Below are positions 59,270-60,370 of a stretch of 60,370 nucleotides of DNA, one piece after another (positions within the stretch are counted from its first letter, which is position 1; each line of letters begins with the position of its first letter). Source of the DNA: Methanosarcina sp. (GTDB lineage Archaea; Halobacteriota; Methanosarcinia; Methanosarcinales; Methanosarcinaceae). Below the pieces are notes generated by a model. That model did no database searches. It was not told the origin of the DNA and saw nothing but the letters and a program-made list of their open reading frames with translations. The translations under genes and the position numbers were made by a program. The DNA lies in NCBI GenBank assembly GCA_024280975.1, contig JAMXLQ010000111.1:1-60370 (forward strand), written 5' to 3'.

Positions 59270-59928
59270 AGGTCCTTGTAGCTTGTGAATTCTCAGGTCG
59301 TGTGCGAGACGCATTTCTCAAGAGAGGGCATGACGCTATAAGTTGCGATCTTCTGCCTTCTGAGAGCCCAGGACCTCATTACCAAGGAGATGTTAAGGAT
59401 ATTTTGTATTCTGAAAATTTTGACCTTTTGATAGGCCATCCTCCTTGTACTTACCTCACTTGCACAGGAAACAAATGGAACTTGCCAGAGTATGAAGAAA
59501 GATTTCCTCTCCGGAGAGAAAACAGAAAGGAAGCAATGGCGTTTTTCTTAGAACTCGTTAATGCCCCTATCCCAAGAATAGCCATTGAAAACCCAATCGG
59601 GATAATGTCAACTCATTACCGTGAACCTGACCAGATAATACAGCCATGTGAGTTTGGACACAATGTAAGAAAATCTACTTGTCTCTGGCTTAAAAATCTC
59701 CCACTATTGAAGCCTACTCAAATTGTCTCTCCGGAGCTTCACCAAATGAAAAATGGTTGGAAAATAGCTCAGTGGTATATTGACACTATGAACATCCGAG
59801 ATCTGAAAAAAAGATCGAAAGCGAGATCGAGAACTTTCTCAGGAATCGCTGAAGCCTTTGCCGATCAATGGGGAAGCTGTCAGACTTACCCGATTCAATC
59901 AACTTTGGAATATTTCCAAATTTCATGA
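59266..59928 (+). CDS. Phage-type DNA cytosine-C5 methyltransferase-like protein
   Basis: MKVLVACEFSG, HPPCT, IENP, RK.T.LWL. Confidence 0.85.
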   Translation: MKVLVACEFSGRVRDAFLKRGHDAISCDLLPSESPGPHYQGDVKDILYSENFDLLIGHPPCTYLTCTGNKWNLPEYEERFPLRRENRKEAMAFFLELVNAPIPRIAIENPIGIMSTHYREPDQIIQPCEFGHNVRKSTCLWLKNLPLLKPTQIVSPELHQMKNGWKIAQWYIDTMNIRDLKKRSKARSRTFSGIAEAFADQWGSCQTYPIQSTLEYFQIS

Positions 59929-60133
59929 TGAACTTCCTCAGGAGTCATCTGTCGCTCCTGGGGTATTCCTCCATTCAAGATAAACCCAGAAATCCTGGGA
60001 TAACCCAGTACTCCACACAAAGACCAACATCTAAGGCAACCGTCAAGCGTCTCTCTGACGGTTGCCACTAAAAACAGAGCGTTATACCTCCAAATAAGCA
60101 GGCAGTTACCTCCTTCTGCCTGCTACCTAAATT

Positions 60134-60209
60134 AGCCCTGTAGTTCAGTTGGAAGAACGCTGCCTTTACAAGGCAGATGTCCTGGGTTCGAGTCCCAGCG
60201 GGGCTGCCA
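60134..60209 (+). tRNA. trnV: tRNA-Val(TAC), intronless, CCA encoded
   Basis: Complete cloverleaf; anticodon arm CTGCC-TTTACAA-GGCAG; T arm CTGGG-TTCGAGT-CCCAG. Confidence 0.93.
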
Positions 60210-60232
60210 AAAAAATAAACGAATATCTGCAA

Positions 60233-60337
60233 CAACGACTCTAACCGAGGCCGAACGGTTTATTGTGCCCGTTTTGCGGGTGATTAAGGATAAAATCCGT
60301 ATAATTATTTCTATTTCAACGACTCGAAAGAGGCCGA
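60233..60337 (+). repeat. Duplicated motif CAACGACTC-N4/5-GAGGCCGA
   Basis: Copies at 60233-60254 and 60317-60337. Confidence 0.8.
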
Positions 60338-60355
60338 TAAAGAGCGAATGTGAAT

Positions 60356-60370
60356 ACCCCTACCCCAGAA
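60356..60370 (+). repeat. Direct terminal repeat, right copy
   Basis: Identical to 1-15. Confidence 0.95.

Noticed and set aside
59925-60058. Box C/D sRNA (ATGATGA...CTGA)
   Set aside because: The C-box match is the MTase stop codon, spacing is too long and no C'/D' boxes were seen
60134-60209. tRNA as attP or integration site
   Set aside because: No duplicated tRNA 3' end and no integrase recognised
1-60370. CRISPR array or mini-array
   Set aside because: No run of identical 25-40-bp repeats with spacers seen; the 60233/60317 motif has only two short copies
1-60370. Genome-wide TAG recoding to pyrrolysine
   Set aside because: Core genes are uninterrupted; TAG ends mcm, virB4 and the 52300 gene at plausible termini with only short read-through

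Overview
The window looks like a complete, circularly permuted genome (15-bp direct repeat at both ends) of a tailed archaeal virus of siphovirus type. The host is most likely a member of the Methanosarcinaceae; this is inferred from the archaeal MCM, BRE/TATA promoters, GGTGA ribosome-binding sites and Methanosarcina-type PKD and disaggregatase-like proteins. Gene order: early region (RadB-like ATPase, ASCH protein, PD-(D/E)XK nuclease, Dam-family MTase, HTH regulators, MCM), packaging (TerS, TerL, portal, MuF with a JAB-like C-terminus), head, neck, tail (-1 frameshift chaperone, tape measure, DUF2341 tip, beta-helix spike), lysis-like cassette, plasmid-like maintenance region, and an ncRNA-rich region with tRNA-Val and a tRNA mimic. 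No integrase was recognised. The most unusual feature is a ~10.3-kb island (16035-26346) splitting the head genes. It encodes a minimal T4SS/Ced-like set (VirB2-, VirB6-, VirB3-like proteins and a VirB4 ATPase with a C-terminal PD-(D/E)XK-like domain) and a membrane-anchored disaggregatase-like protein. Three copies of a palindromic operator lie in its promoters, and no relaxase or coupling protein was recognised. It may be a virus-encoded cell-to-cell DNA transfer system. All family names come from motif recognition by eye; no searches were run.
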